This document shows positions 9,263 through 20,703 of a stretch of 64,000 nucleotides of DNA, piece after piece. Position 1 is the first letter of the stretch. Each line of letters begins with the position of its first letter. Origin of the DNA: a virus. Position numbers and translations under genes: made by a program. The notes under the pieces were generated by a model. It saw only the letters and a list, made by a program, of their open reading frames with translations. It did no database searches and was not told where the DNA came from. The stretch is from positions 32,001 to 96,000 of IMG/VR virus record IMGVR_UViG_3300032093_000042; one strand, written 5' to 3'.

Positions 9263-11241
9263 TGTCAAAATTAATAAATAAAACATTTGATGCTAATACA
9301 AAAGATATAAACTATCTTAATAGAGATTTTGCGTCACTTCGTCAACAGTTAATTGACTTTACAAAACAATATTACCCACAAAGTTATAAAGATTTTAGTG
9401 AAAGTTCACCTGGTCAAATTTTTATAGAACAAGCTGCATATGTCGGAGATGTATTATCTTACTATACAGATCAACAATTCTTTGAAAGTTTTATACAATT
9501 CGCACAAGATCGTAGAAACATCATTAATGGTGCTAAAATGTTGGGTTATAAACCTAAAGTATCCTCTGCGTCGTCTACGGGTGTTGATTTATTTCAACTA
9601 TTGCCTGCTAAACGAACTGAGAACAACGAATATATTCCTGACGAACGTTATTGTTTAATATTAAAACCATTTACACGATTAACAAGTGTATCGGGTATAG
9701 ATTTTATTGTTGAAGAAAGTGTAGATTTTAGTCAAGATACAAAATTTTCGCCGCGGGAAATTACTGTATACAATCGTGATAATACAGGAGCGCCTCAGTT
9801 TTATTTAATTAAAAAAACAACCAAAGCATATTCTGGAACGTTAATTGTTAAACAAATTTCCGTTGGCGAACAAACTCCATTTTTTAGTATAAAATTAAAC
9901 GAAACTAATGTTCTTAAAATTGTGAGTGTAACCGACAGTAATAATAATTCTTATTATGAAGTGGAGTATTTAGCTCAAGATACAATTCCTATAGAAATAG
10001 ATAATGTTCCTCTTAATAATCAAACACTATCTTCATATAGAAATGAAACGCCGAAAATATTAAAATATTTAAGAACTGAAAAACGTTTTGTTACAACAAT
10101 CGACGAAAATAACCAAACAACAATACAATTCGGTGCTAATACTGAAAATTATGATAACACTATCATAGTACCAAATCCAACTAACATCGGCGTTTCATTA
10201 TCAAATCTTAAAAATTTGAATATATCTCTTGACAATACAAATGTATTAAAGGCTAACAGTTATGGTACCTCACCGTCAAATACTACTCTTACTATTAGTT
10301 ATATTGTTGGTGGAGGTGTAAATTCAAATGTAAATTCGGGTGAGATAAATAAGATTGTCGCCGTATCATATTTAAATGATGTAACATCTTTAACTGACAG
10401 CGAAGTTATATTGTTAAATAATATACAAAATTCTTTGAGAGTTAATAACCCAGATTCTTCTTCGGGTGGAGACGATGCTGAAAGTGATGAAGAAATAAGA
10501 CAAAATTCTATATTAAACTTTTCTGCACAGAATAGAATGGTTACTGACGACGATTTTATTTTAAGAGTATATGCTTTACCTCCACAATTAGGAAACATAG
10601 CAAAAGCTTATATTGAAAGCAATTTAACAAGAGAAGTTCAATACAACGGATTAATAAACGGAGTAGTAAATACATCAAATAATTCTACATTGGATTTGAC
10701 ACCTTTAAATCCGTTAGATAGACGTAAATTTTTACAATCAAATAATCCATTTACAAACAATTTATATATTCTGGGTTACGATGTAAATAAAAATTTAACA
10801 CAAATTAACCCAGCGACATTACAAAATTTGGTTACTTATTTACAAAACTACAAAATACTTACAGATAGAATAAATATAGTAGATGGATATATCATAAATA
10901 TAGGCGTTGAATTCAAAATATCTGTATTTAAAGGTTTCAATAAATCAGAAGTGTTAAACGCATGTATACAATCTGTTAAAAACTTTTTTGATATAGACAA
11001 ATGGAGTTTTAACCAACCTATAAATTTAAGTCAGATTAATTTTGAAATAATGCAAAACGAAGGTGTACAGTCTGTTGTAGATATAACAGTTAAAAATTTA
11101 ACTATTGATGACGGTAATTATTCTCCCGTCGCATACAATATTACCATCGCTACACAAAACAACATAATTTATCCATCAAAAGATCCATCTATATTTGAAA
11201 TAAAATATCCCGATAGTGATATAAAAGCACTCGTAGTTTAA
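9262..11241 (+). CDS. gp6: baseplate wedge subunit, gp6/baseplate J-like
   Basis: YLNRDF..LR..L, DFSESSPG, YVGDVLSYY, LGYKP, IQFG, GGDDAES.EEIR, AQNR.VT..D motifs; follows gp25. Confidence 0.9.
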   Translation: MSKLINKTFDANTKDINYLNRDFASLRQQLIDFTKQYYPQSYKDFSESSPGQIFIEQAAYVGDVLSYYTDQQFFESFIQFAQDRRNIINGAKMLGYKPKVSSASSTGVDLFQLLPAKRTENNEYIPDERYCLILKPFTRLTSVSGIDFIVEESVDFSQDTKFSPREITVYNRDNTGAPQFYLIKKTTKAYSGTLIVKQISVGEQTPFFSIKLNETNVLKIVSVTDSNNNSYYEVEYLAQDTIPIEIDNVPLNNQTLSSYRNETPKILKYLRTEKRFVTTIDENNQTTIQFGANTENYDNTIIVPNPTNIGVSLSNLKNLNISLDNTNVLKANSYGTSPSNTTLTISYIVGGGVNSNVNSGEINKIVAVSYLNDVTSLTDSEVILLNNIQNSLRVNNPDSSSGGDDAESDEEIRQNSILNFSAQNRMVTDDDFILRVYALPPQLGNIAKAYIESNLTREVQYNGLINGVVNTSNNSTLDLTPLNPLDRRKFLQSNNPFTNNLYILGYDVNKNLTQINPATLQNLVTYLQNYKILTDRINIVDGYIINIGVEFKISVFKGFNKSEVLNACIQSVKNFFDIDKWSFNQPINLSQINFEIMQNEGVQSVVDITVKNLTIDDGNYSPVAYNITIATQNNIIYPSKDPSIFEIKYPDSDIKALVV

Positions 11242-11242
11242 T

Positions 11243-13135
11243 ATGCATACATTTATTTACTCATCTCAAGACACTTATATAAATAATTCCGAAAAATTTA
11301 TTAATAAAAATTTTGGATTGGATGAAGTGTTAGAAATATATGCTTCTAATAAAGGCACAACTACTGTATATACGGATCCAAATTGGCATCCGGCGCCTAT
11401 CACAGCTTCATCGTATGGTAATGAGGGTTGGTTAGCATATACTACATCTTCTTTTTGTATATATTCAGGAAGCAAATGGTACGCATTTAGTTTAAATTCA
11501 TCAATAATACCATTTACATCGTTTATATCTAACTTTAACGGCAGACTTTCAAATGTAACAACCAATCCTAAAAAGGAATTGTACATTACGGGATCGTCGA
11601 ATTTTGCATCGGGTTCTTTTAGCGGCAGTATTTATATAACTAGTTACTCACATTTTACAGGTTCTTGGTCAACCGGTAGTTTTTCGGGTTCAATTTTACA
11701 AGGGGCTACATTTTCTAATCTAAGATTAGGATCTACAATCTATACTATAAGTCCACTTACATCGTCGTTAAGTGGTACCGGTAGTTACAAAAATTTAAAA
11801 GGAGAAATACTCGGTAAATCAAATACAGGTATCCCATGTACTCCTGGATTTTATCAACCAGTAACTAATTTTACATCAGGATCTTTTACCGGTTCTTTTA
11901 GTGGATCTAATTTTAAAGGACTCGTACAAACACTTACATCAAGTAATTTGTATTATGTGGATGTTGTAAATTTTAAAGGTTATTTCAAAGGAATGTATAG
12001 TGGTTCTTTTACAAGACCATCCACAGCTACATATTTGAATTATCCAGAATTTTCCAGAACTCTTATTAAGTTTGACATTAACGATTTAAGTCAATCCATA
12101 TCTAATAACAAAATTAGCGGTTCAAACATTAAATTTACTTTAAACTTAAAATCATGTGGATCTAGAAATTTACCGTTAAATTATAAAATTTATGCTTATC
12201 CCGTAAGTCAGAGTTGGGATAACGGTAACGGTAGATATGCAGACGAGGGATCCCAATTGGGTGTTAGTTGGAATTATAAAAATTACGACGGCAACGGTTT
12301 GTGGTATGGATCCGAATCTACTAACGCTTATCAACAAGTTGATTATTTATTGTCTGCGTCATATTCTAGTGCTAGCTTTGAAAATCAAGGAGGTACTTGG
12401 TTTTATAAAGTACCACCTTCTTATACAAACAAACCTAAATGGATATGTTCTTCAAATACGTATCCGTCATTGGTAAATCAAAGTTTGATTTGTAGTCAAT
12501 CTTTTAATTATGGTCAACAAAGTGACATATCCATGGATATTACACGAATCGTTAGATCGTGGTTGTGTGGTTGTGTACCAAATCAAGGTTTAATATTGAT
12601 AAGTTCATTGGAATTATCTACACCACCTTTACAACAAACCAATGGGTTATTACAATTTTTTAGTAGAGATACAAATACTATTTATTCTCCTTATATTGAT
12701 GTAGCTTGGGATAATAGTGTTTATAATACGGGCAGTTTATCGCCTGTTACTGGATCTGTTCAAAATGTAATTACATTGAATTATTTAAAAGATACATATA
12801 AGGCGGGTAGTTTACCAAGAATATTTGTATTTGCTAGAGACAGATATCCATTGAAGAACTTTCAAAAATCATATCAACAAGTATCAATGGTAACTCCTAA
12901 ATATTTGCCCACAAGTTCTTACTATATGGTAAAAGATGCTGAATCCGAGGAGGTTTTAATTGGATTTGATGAATATACAAAATTAAGTTGTGATCCAAAT
13001 CAAGGTAATTATTTTGATTTACAAACCACAGGATTGCCTCAAGAACGTTATTTGAAAATATTTATTAAGACAGAATATACGGACGGTATAGTAGACATTA
13101 CGGACACACAAAAGGTATTTAAAATAATAAGATAA
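11243..13135 (+). CDS. virion structural/baseplate protein with SGS-rich insertions
   Basis: QDTYI...NFGLDEVLEI, SRTLIKFD, YPVSQSWD.G.G, MDITRIV..W, NQGLIL, FFSRDTNTIYSPYI (DNRLRE-like fold motifs). Confidence 0.65.
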   Translation: MHTFIYSSQDTYINNSEKFINKNFGLDEVLEIYASNKGTTTVYTDPNWHPAPITASSYGNEGWLAYTTSSFCIYSGSKWYAFSLNSSIIPFTSFISNFNGRLSNVTTNPKKELYITGSSNFASGSFSGSIYITSYSHFTGSWSTGSFSGSILQGATFSNLRLGSTIYTISPLTSSLSGTGSYKNLKGEILGKSNTGIPCTPGFYQPVTNFTSGSFTGSFSGSNFKGLVQTLTSSNLYYVDVVNFKGYFKGMYSGSFTRPSTATYLNYPEFSRTLIKFDINDLSQSISNNKISGSNIKFTLNLKSCGSRNLPLNYKIYAYPVSQSWDNGNGRYADEGSQLGVSWNYKNYDGNGLWYGSESTNAYQQVDYLLSASYSSASFENQGGTWFYKVPPSYTNKPKWICSSNTYPSLVNQSLICSQSFNYGQQSDISMDITRIVRSWLCGCVPNQGLILISSLELSTPPLQQTNGLLQFFSRDTNTIYSPYIDVAWDNSVYNTGSLSPVTGSVQNVITLNYLKDTYKAGSLPRIFVFARDRYPLKNFQKSYQQVSMVTPKYLPTSSYYMVKDAESEEVLIGFDEYTKLSCDPNQGNYFDLQTTGLPQERYLKIFIKTEYTDGIVDITDTQKVFKIIR

Positions 13136-13136
13136 T

Positions 13137-13613
13137 ATGGCAAACATTCCATTAAATTACGATGTTGCTACCGACGAAGTTTCACAATTTAAAGAATTTG
13201 GAACATTTAATAATAATGTGGATTCGTTTGGAAATATACAATTGGTTTATTTAGTAGCACAATCCGTACAAGCTAATTTAAATTATGTAAAAATTCCACT
13301 CAAAAAGTTTGAGTATAATCAGAATAAAATAATTGACGCAAATACTGTAAGTTTTTCTGAATTAACCACTGTTGTAGGAGAGGAAAAGAGAAATGTAGAT
13401 GAAATATTACAACAATATAATGTACTTTTAGAAGAAAACAGATTGTTAAATCAAACAGTCAATGAACTTGTTGAAAAATATGAAAATAGCGATGATAAAT
13501 CGGTTATAAATGCTTTAAAAAATACAATAATAGATTTAAGAATAAAATTAGGTCAGGGAAATGTGCCTTCGGATTTTAGTGACGATTTTCCATTTTTACC
13601 TTTAATTTCATAA
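13137..13613 (+). CDS. hypothetical protein with a coiled coil (baseplate operon)
   Basis: 158-aa ORF with 1-nt spacing to both neighbours. Confidence 0.65.
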   Translation: MANIPLNYDVATDEVSQFKEFGTFNNNVDSFGNIQLVYLVAQSVQANLNYVKIPLKKFEYNQNKIIDANTVSFSELTTVVGEEKRNVDEILQQYNVLLEENRLLNQTVNELVEKYENSDDKSVINALKNTIIDLRIKLGQGNVPSDFSDDFPFLPLIS

Positions 13614-13614
13614 T

Positions 13615-16600
13615 ATGCCTTACGATTATTTAACAATAAACACCAATGATCTTTCGTATGGAATAGTAAGTGCATCTTACTTGCCAGAAAATTTGCAATC
13701 TTTATATGAACAAAAATTAGTAAATGATTCTGCTTTTTTTGGCGATTCAGGCGACGACATCATAGAATTTACAGTTTACAATAACAATCAAGAACCACTT
13801 CTATTTAATAGAATTGTTCCTAAAGTTACTTATAGTGTTATAAATTCAACATATAAAGACATAAACAATGTTGAACAATCTTATCAAGTTGCAAATCCAT
13901 TTACAAATTATGCTTTAAATAATAACGACCTGTTATTACATACGCAATTTGATTTAAAAATTAACGAACTTAGTCCCGGATTATATTATGTTTTATATAA
14001 TCCTATACGGAATATAGCTGGAAATTCTACAAATAAACTGTTTATAAAAGAAATCTCTCCTAGCAGAACTGAATTGAGATTGTCTTTTGCGTTTAATAGA
14101 AATACAAATTTAACTTCTAATTTAGACGCTATTAAAATTTCAGCATTTGCTGAGAAAAAGTTTTTGTTTTTACAAATAATCGATCAAATTGTACCGATAA
14201 TAGATACGAACCCAATTTTTAATAATTTTAATATTGAACAAAATAATTTTAATTACTATAAAATTACACAATTACTCGGTTTTAAAACAACGGCGGAATT
14301 ACAATCTTTTATTAATGATACGTATGTCGGTTATAATAAAATATTAAATCTATCAAACGAAGACGACGTAGTAATTGAAAGTATAAAATTTACAGGTGTG
14401 TCTGAACAACTTAAGAATTTTGTTTACACATATAATTTGTCCGAATTTACATTTAATGAAATATTGTCTGCATTTGAACTTATTGTTAGAAAAGTGTGCC
14501 AAGACGCAATTTTACAAAGAACGACTTTATTAAATACAGATTTACAAGAAACATTAAACGTATTTTTAAAAATTATTTATACAGATTGGTTGTTGCCAAA
14601 AACAAGCAATCTTTTAGAAAAATACACCAATAAATTTTACGATTATTATAAAAACGCTTTAAATTTTGATAATGGAAATTTAGTTAAAATTTTAACACAT
14701 ACGAGTTATTTTAACGAAGTTGACGGCGTTGCAAATATTCAAATAAAATTGGATGAACCTTTGCCGCTTGAATATAGTTTAAAAGATACATGTTGGATTT
14801 CAAACATTTCATTATCTCCGTTATACTTTAAAACAAATTTATATACAGCGCCGATATCTAGAAAAGTATTTTTGAACGGTACAAATTTTACGGTTGGAGT
14901 ACCAAAAGTAACTCTTGCAAGTGAAACGTTTACGGAAGTGGACGATAATACCGTATTTTCGGCTGAATCTAAATTAAAAACAAAGGTCAATGATTTATTA
15001 ATCAATTATGACGATTTTTCAAATTTCATTAATTTTTCATCTGCCGAATTAAGAACAAAAATTGCAAAAAATAAGATTTTAAAGTATAATTCATATGTTG
15101 ATTCAGCCAACAGTATCAAATCCAACGCAAATAACACTTCAAACTCATCTATATCTGCGTCGTATAATCAAGAATTAAAAACTGTAACTGAACAACAGAT
15201 ATCTTTATTAAATAGTTTTGATGACTATGAATCATATTTGTTTTATTATACAGGAAGTATAGACGATAAAATTGATTTGGGTATAGAATTTGATAAAGTT
15301 AATTATAACAGTTTATTTTATCAACTTCCACAATACATAAAAAATCAACAATCATATGAAGATTATGTTAAGTTTACTGCGATGGTAGGTCATTTTTTTG
15401 ATAATATATTGGTTTTTATTAAAAAATTTCCAAAATCATATCCTCTTGATTACAACGATAATAATCATTATCCAAAAAATTATATTGAAGAACTGTTAAA
15501 TTCGTTTAATTGGGACGTAACAAATTTTAAATTTAATACCAGTGATATAAATCAACTTTTATTTAATAATCAAGAAACAACTGGTAGTTTATCGTCATCA
15601 TACTTTGACTATGCAAAATCTATATTTAATAGAATTGCTAATAATTTAAATTACATTTACAAAACCAAAGGTACAGCCACTTCTTTTAATTTAATACGTA
15701 CTATATTCGGTATAAATTCAGATTTAATTAATGTAACGGAATATAGTAGTCCTGATGTATTAGCTAATAAAAATGTATTTTATGATTTTGATGACGTTAT
15801 ATACGCTACAAAATACGACACAGATCAATATGTAAAATTTAATTTTACAAGTAGTGAGTATACTTACAATTTTAAACAAGACAGTATTAGTGGCAGTTAC
15901 ACAGGAAGTTATACAGGCGATAATATTTATATAACCCGTTCTTTTATAGAAAATTTTACAGGAGTTTCCACCGTAGAAATGTCTTTTAGGTCCAATAATT
16001 GGAAAAAATATAATTTTCAACAAAGAATTCCTTTAATTAAAAAAATAAGAAATAAAAATGTAGATTGGCAAATTTATTTAAGTAAAACTAAACAAAAAGA
16101 ATCTGCCAAATTAATATTTGAGTTTACTCCTATTGAATCATTAACTACATCCAGTATATCAAGTATAGAATTACCTTATTTGAATGGCGACTTTTATACG
16201 TTTATGTTAAGAAAAGAACCAAATAGTAATATACGATTTGATTCTCTTCAATCAACATCTTCAAATACACAAGTTATAGGTTTTTATGGAAATTATAATG
16301 TTACTCAATCAATTAACAATGTATATTATCCAAATTCAAACAAATTTACGCCACAAAATTATACATTGGCGGTAAATCAGTATTATGGTAGTTCTTTAAA
16401 CTTTACCGATAGAAAAACCAAGAGCATTTTATATGGACAAGATCAATATTTTTCATCAGGAAGCTATTATGTAGGAAATTATTCATCATCCATTCAATTT
16501 TATGGAAATATAGATAAAATAAAAATACAAAAATATGCGTTGAACGATTCCGATTTTAATGAACATTCTTATAACTTAAATTCTATTTCTATACCGGATA

Positions 16601-18111
16601 AATCTCAGACATATGAAAATTTATATTATTTATGGTCGTTTGATACACCTGTAAATTTGTACGGTACAAGTTATGCAATTGTTAACAATCAAAATACACG
16701 TTACAACAACTATTTTTACGCTTATAATTTTAACAGAAATACAAAAACTAGAGGATATCCACATTGTGATACAATCTCAACTGATATTTTTCCTTATCAG
16801 TTTGAAAAATTTAATATTAAACAAGCAATAAATTCAAATAAATACGGCCCTAATTATAAAGCAAATGCTAATATTAATAAAATAACACAAGAAATCAATT
16901 CAAATTTAGTACCATACGAATATTCTACATATACAACCGATATATTAGGTAGCGATTCAAATCTCGTAGGATATTATATCTCTCCATATAACTATTTAAA
17001 CAATAAAATTGAAGACTTTTTGGGCAAAGAAGGTATAAGTGATATTATCGGCGATCCTAAATATTTAACTTCTAGAAGTTATCCAGAATTAAAGAACAGA
17101 CAACTTGAATTTTCACAAACAAATCAAAAGTATGTATATCCACAAGAGTTTTATACAACTTATAAATTTTATATTGATTTTTCAATATTTGACTTTGTTA
17201 AAAAAATAAATCCTACACGCAGTGCGTTAAAAACAGGTCTATTATTAGAACCATCAATTTTCGAACGTGTTAAATTTAATTACAAAGACGTTGTATTTAA
17301 TACAATTGATTCAAACGATACAAGTAGTTTATTATATTACAATATAAATACTAGATTTACGTCGTCATTAATAAACACAAATGATACATCAAGTAATACC
17401 ACAATTGATATTAATCTAAATTATCTTCAAACTGACCACAATACCTTTAATTATTCAACGTTTGAAATAAAAGACATCGTCGATAATCGTGATTTTATTT
17501 TTGCTAACAAAGGAAAGTATGTTTATGTAGATACAACTGGATTTAACATTAGAAATGTTGTTAATTTGCCCACTGAAGATCATTATCAAATGACCAATAA
17601 TGTTTCACACTCATATATTACATTCACTTCTAGTTATAATTCAGTACAAACTCTAGGATCTGGTTCTGGTTTACCGTTTAATCAAATCACAGGCAGTCGT
17701 TCATTAAAAAATCTTTATAGTGGATCTTTGGGGAGTGGATATTCAAATAGACATTTGAGTAAGTTTGTAAAAGTTGGTACGAGGGTCAAAAAACAAGCTT
17801 TGTCTGGCTCTTTTTATACAAATAATAACGGCGTAACTACTTTAGTAGCTGGAAAAATAAAATACTATTCTTATACAAAAGGTAAAAATGATTATACTAC
17901 AACTGTAAATCGTAAAGGATTGCCTAACGGAAGTTCTCCTATTATTTCAATACCTGGATTTTTAAGCGTTGATATTGAAAGTGATAATTTTCCAATATAT
18001 GGAACACTCACCGGATCGGCAGGATCGCCAAATAGTATATTTATACAGTCGCCGTTAACGTGTTCTACGTGTACGAGCGCTAGTTTGAATAATTACATTA
18101 TGAATTTATAA
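13615..18111 (+). CDS. large baseplate structural protein (gp7-like position)
   Basis: 1498 aa; EISPSRTELRL, F.NFINFSSAE.R, LPQYI...FTAMVGHFFD and NLNYIYKTKGT motifs. Confidence 0.65.
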   Translation: MPYDYLTINTNDLSYGIVSASYLPENLQSLYEQKLVNDSAFFGDSGDDIIEFTVYNNNQEPLLFNRIVPKVTYSVINSTYKDINNVEQSYQVANPFTNYALNNNDLLLHTQFDLKINELSPGLYYVLYNPIRNIAGNSTNKLFIKEISPSRTELRLSFAFNRNTNLTSNLDAIKISAFAEKKFLFLQIIDQIVPIIDTNPIFNNFNIEQNNFNYYKITQLLGFKTTAELQSFINDTYVGYNKILNLSNEDDVVIESIKFTGVSEQLKNFVYTYNLSEFTFNEILSAFELIVRKVCQDAILQRTTLLNTDLQETLNVFLKIIYTDWLLPKTSNLLEKYTNKFYDYYKNALNFDNGNLVKILTHTSYFNEVDGVANIQIKLDEPLPLEYSLKDTCWISNISLSPLYFKTNLYTAPISRKVFLNGTNFTVGVPKVTLASETFTEVDDNTVFSAESKLKTKVNDLLINYDDFSNFINFSSAELRTKIAKNKILKYNSYVDSANSIKSNANNTSNSSISASYNQELKTVTEQQISLLNSFDDYESYLFYYTGSIDDKIDLGIEFDKVNYNSLFYQLPQYIKNQQSYEDYVKFTAMVGHFFDNILVFIKKFPKSYPLDYNDNNHYPKNYIEELLNSFNWDVTNFKFNTSDINQLLFNNQETTGSLSSSYFDYAKSIFNRIANNLNYIYKTKGTATSFNLIRTIFGINSDLINVTEYSSPDVLANKNVFYDFDDVIYATKYDTDQYVKFNFTSSEYTYNFKQDSISGSYTGSYTGDNIYITRSFIENFTGVSTVEMSFRSNNWKKYNFQQRIPLIKKIRNKNVDWQIYLSKTKQKESAKLIFEFTPIESLTTSSISSIELPYLNGDFYTFMLRKEPNSNIRFDSLQSTSSNTQVIGFYGNYNVTQSINNVYYPNSNKFTPQNYTLAVNQYYGSSLNFTDRKTKSILYGQDQYFSSGSYYVGNYSSSIQFYGNIDKIKIQKYALNDSDFNEHSYNLNSISIPDKSQTYENLYYLWSFDTPVNLYGTSYAIVNNQNTRYNNYFYAYNFNRNTKTRGYPHCDTISTDIFPYQFEKFNIKQAINSNKYGPNYKANANINKITQEINSNLVPYEYSTYTTDILGSDSNLVGYYISPYNYLNNKIEDFLGKEGISDIIGDPKYLTSRSYPELKNRQLEFSQTNQKYVYPQEFYTTYKFYIDFSIFDFVKKINPTRSALKTGLLLEPSIFERVKFNYKDVVFNTIDSNDTSSLLYYNINTRFTSSLINTNDTSSNTTIDINLNYLQTDHNTFNYSTFEIKDIVDNRDFIFANKGKYVYVDTTGFNIRNVVNLPTEDHYQMTNNVSHSYITFTSSYNSVQTLGSGSGLPFNQITGSRSLKNLYSGSLGSGYSNRHLSKFVKVGTRVKKQALSGSFYTNNNGVTTLVAGKIKYYSYTKGKNDYTTTVNRKGLPNGSSPIISIPGFLSVDIESDNFPIYGTLTGSAGSPNSIFIQSPLTCSTCTSASLNNYIMNL

Positions 18112-18160
18112 TACATTTTTTTATTAAAAACTCAAAACGATTGATAATTATTAAATATAT

Positions 18161-18799
18161 ATGGCATATCTAAATAACAACGTTCTCACCGTTAACGCTA
18201 TTTTAACTAAAAAAGGTCGTGAAGTGTTGGCAAAGACAGGTGGATTAAATATTACCGCTTTTGCTTTGTCTGACGATGAAATTGATTATACACAATTTAA
18301 TCCAACACATCCACTAGGCAGTGCTTATTATGACATTGCCATTCGTAATACTCCTATAATGGAACCTATTACGGATGAGTCACAAATGTTGAAGTATAAA
18401 CTAGTGACATTAAATAACGGCGTTACATCCGTTCCTACAATTACTATAGCACCACCAACAATTTCAATACCTCGTACATATACGTCGGCGATAGATGTAA
18501 TTCCAAGTACTACACCTACATATAACGTAAACTTAGGATATACCGCTATTTTAGCAAATAAGAACGTTGGTACTTTAGTTGTAACCGAAACTAACAATTT
18601 AAATAGTAGTACATCTACTATTCCAACATTTAGTGGCGATTTGTCTTCACAATCGTCACAAGTTGTTATAGGAAATAAGTTTCGTTTTATACCAAACAAT
18701 TCTTTATCAACAACAACAACAACAAATATTACAATTATTGGAAATGAAAGTGGCGGTAGTGCATCTATAACCGTTACTGTAAGCGTTCCTACAACCTAA
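18161..18799 (+). CDS. baseplate/tail-fibre attachment protein
   Basis: AILTKKGREVLA...ITAFALSDDEIDY resembles the N-terminal part of tail-fibre/collar attachment domains. Confidence 0.65.
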   Translation: MAYLNNNVLTVNAILTKKGREVLAKTGGLNITAFALSDDEIDYTQFNPTHPLGSAYYDIAIRNTPIMEPITDESQMLKYKLVTLNNGVTSVPTITIAPPTISIPRTYTSAIDVIPSTTPTYNVNLGYTAILANKNVGTLVVTETNNLNSSTSTIPTFSGDLSSQSSQVVIGNKFRFIPNNSLSTTTTTNITIIGNESGGSASITVTVSVPTT

Positions 18800-18805
18800 T
18801 TTATT

Positions 18806-19915
18806 ATGATATTTACTCCATTTTCATCAGACGATATCGTAACAGGCAGAATAAACCAAGTATCCTCGGGTATGTTTGGTACCGGCAGTTTAACGGTGGC
18901 ACAATCAACATTTGTAACAGCATCATCTCAAGCAAACGTATTGACTGGATCAAATCCATATGACGTTAAAAACGGACAGTATTATTTGGATGTATATAGC
19001 GGCGCCGATCAATATTTTTCTATAGCTTACGGAGATTATTATAACTCAGGAAGCAGTCAATTTGACTGGACCGGCAATACTACTCAAGTCTTGACAAATG
19101 AAACAAAAATTATATACACACAATACAAAAACACTCTTCTACAACCAGGAGATAATTTATTTAGTTTTGCGTCTAGTAGTATAAATACACCAATTGATAG
19201 TTCTGCTATCTTTGTAGTAAATTTTACAGCCGATAAATTCCAAGATCAAGTAGATCCTGGTCAAATTCAATTAAACTTTAGTGGTGCAAATGGTCAATAT
19301 AGTTATATTGACGACTCTCAAGTTATAAATAAACAACAAAACGTTTATAACTTAATTTCGGGATCAATTATTAATGGAATTCCGACTCCATATACACATG
19401 GAGGTACGGTAACAGCATATTATCAGGGTACAGGTCTATTTTATCCAACGAACGGCGTTGTTATATTGAATGCCGTTGCTCTAGATAAAATTGTAGGCAT
19501 TACAGATGCATCTCCACAAATTACAGCAACTGGGCGTCCTAGTAATCAAACGTCAACACAATTTAAGAGTTATTGGAGAGATTGGATACGTAAGTTTTTC
19601 TTAAGTTTACGTAGATCAAATAAGAATATGGCAGTACGTAAAAGTGAATTTGTACCATCAACGAACTATTTTATAAGAGTTAAAAATAAAGAGTTTAACT
19701 ACAGCAACAATCCTACATTTGTTTCTAACGGAAATGATGGTAAAACTCAAGGTACTATAATTTATCCCGAATTAATAAGTAATCCACGTACCTATGTTAC
19801 TACAATCGGATTGTACGATTCTAACAATGAATTATTAGCAGTTGGTAAATTAAGTAAGCCAACGCAAAAATCATTTGATAATGAATTGTTAATCAAGTGT
19901 CGTATAGATTTTTAA
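18806..19915 (+). CDS. virion structural protein (baseplate/tail)
   Basis: C-terminal EFNYSNNPTF...YVTTIGLYD..NELLAVGKLSKP..K...NELLIK.RIDF, shared with 20704..23358. Confidence 0.65.
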   Translation: MIFTPFSSDDIVTGRINQVSSGMFGTGSLTVAQSTFVTASSQANVLTGSNPYDVKNGQYYLDVYSGADQYFSIAYGDYYNSGSSQFDWTGNTTQVLTNETKIIYTQYKNTLLQPGDNLFSFASSSINTPIDSSAIFVVNFTADKFQDQVDPGQIQLNFSGANGQYSYIDDSQVINKQQNVYNLISGSIINGIPTPYTHGGTVTAYYQGTGLFYPTNGVVILNAVALDKIVGITDASPQITATGRPSNQTSTQFKSYWRDWIRKFFLSLRRSNKNMAVRKSEFVPSTNYFIRVKNKEFNYSNNPTFVSNGNDGKTQGTIIYPELISNPRTYVTTIGLYDSNNELLAVGKLSKPTQKSFDNELLIKCRIDF

Positions 19916-19947
19916 TATAATTTTTAATTTTTCCTATTTATATTAGG

Positions 19948-20682
19948 ATGGTTAAATTTTTAAAAAATCAAGATATTCAGGTAACTACATTTGCGATTGC
20001 TAAAAATAAAATAGCTAATACCTTATTTTCCGATTTGTTATTAGCAAGCGATGGCACATATGATTTTCCGTTAATAATACCGGTTGAACAGTGTGTTTAT
20101 AATTTTAACACTTTAGCCACCGGTTCATTTGTTACCGTGGCGAGTTCATCGTGTGATGGTTCCACTATTAATACTAACGGATATTTAGCGTGTTCTCCCA
20201 ATTTAAACGAAAATAATCCAAATATGCAGTTTGGATTCAAACAGTCTGCCGATTCAGTTTTTTATCCAATTGGCACGCCAGAATATAATTCGGTAAATAA
20301 TCCTATAAATTCCGACGGTACATACCAAGTACAAGTATATAATACTATAAAAAATATGTATTATAATACTTACAATAATTCTTATCAGATATTCGGCTTT
20401 GATGGATTTAATAATTCCAACACTAAGTTGCAACTTGACGATAAGTTTATAAGTTATACTTTAAATGTTACACAAAGTGGAGATAGAATTAGACAAAAAA
20501 GTGTTGTTATTAATAATCAAACAGGAGATATAGTTGCCGATATTAAAGATGACGGTTTAAATAATTTATATTTGTCAGGTTCGTATTTTGTTAATAACTA
20601 TAATATATATTCAAATACAACCGATACTGTGACTAACACCGGTGAAAGTGGTTTGGGAAGATATTTGATAAACAATAACTAG
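19948..20682 (+). CDS. putative virion structural protein
   Basis: 244 aa; GDRI...SV.I and IKDDGLNNLY; late motif upstream. Confidence 0.6.
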   Translation: MVKFLKNQDIQVTTFAIAKNKIANTLFSDLLLASDGTYDFPLIIPVEQCVYNFNTLATGSFVTVASSSCDGSTINTNGYLACSPNLNENNPNMQFGFKQSADSVFYPIGTPEYNSVNNPINSDGTYQVQVYNTIKNMYYNTYNNSYQIFGFDGFNNSNTKLQLDDKFISYTLNVTQSGDRIRQKSVVINNQTGDIVADIKDDGLNNLYLSGSYFVNNYNIYSNTTDTVTNTGESGLGRYLINNN

Positions 20683-20703
20683 TTACAATTATATTTATAG
20701 TTA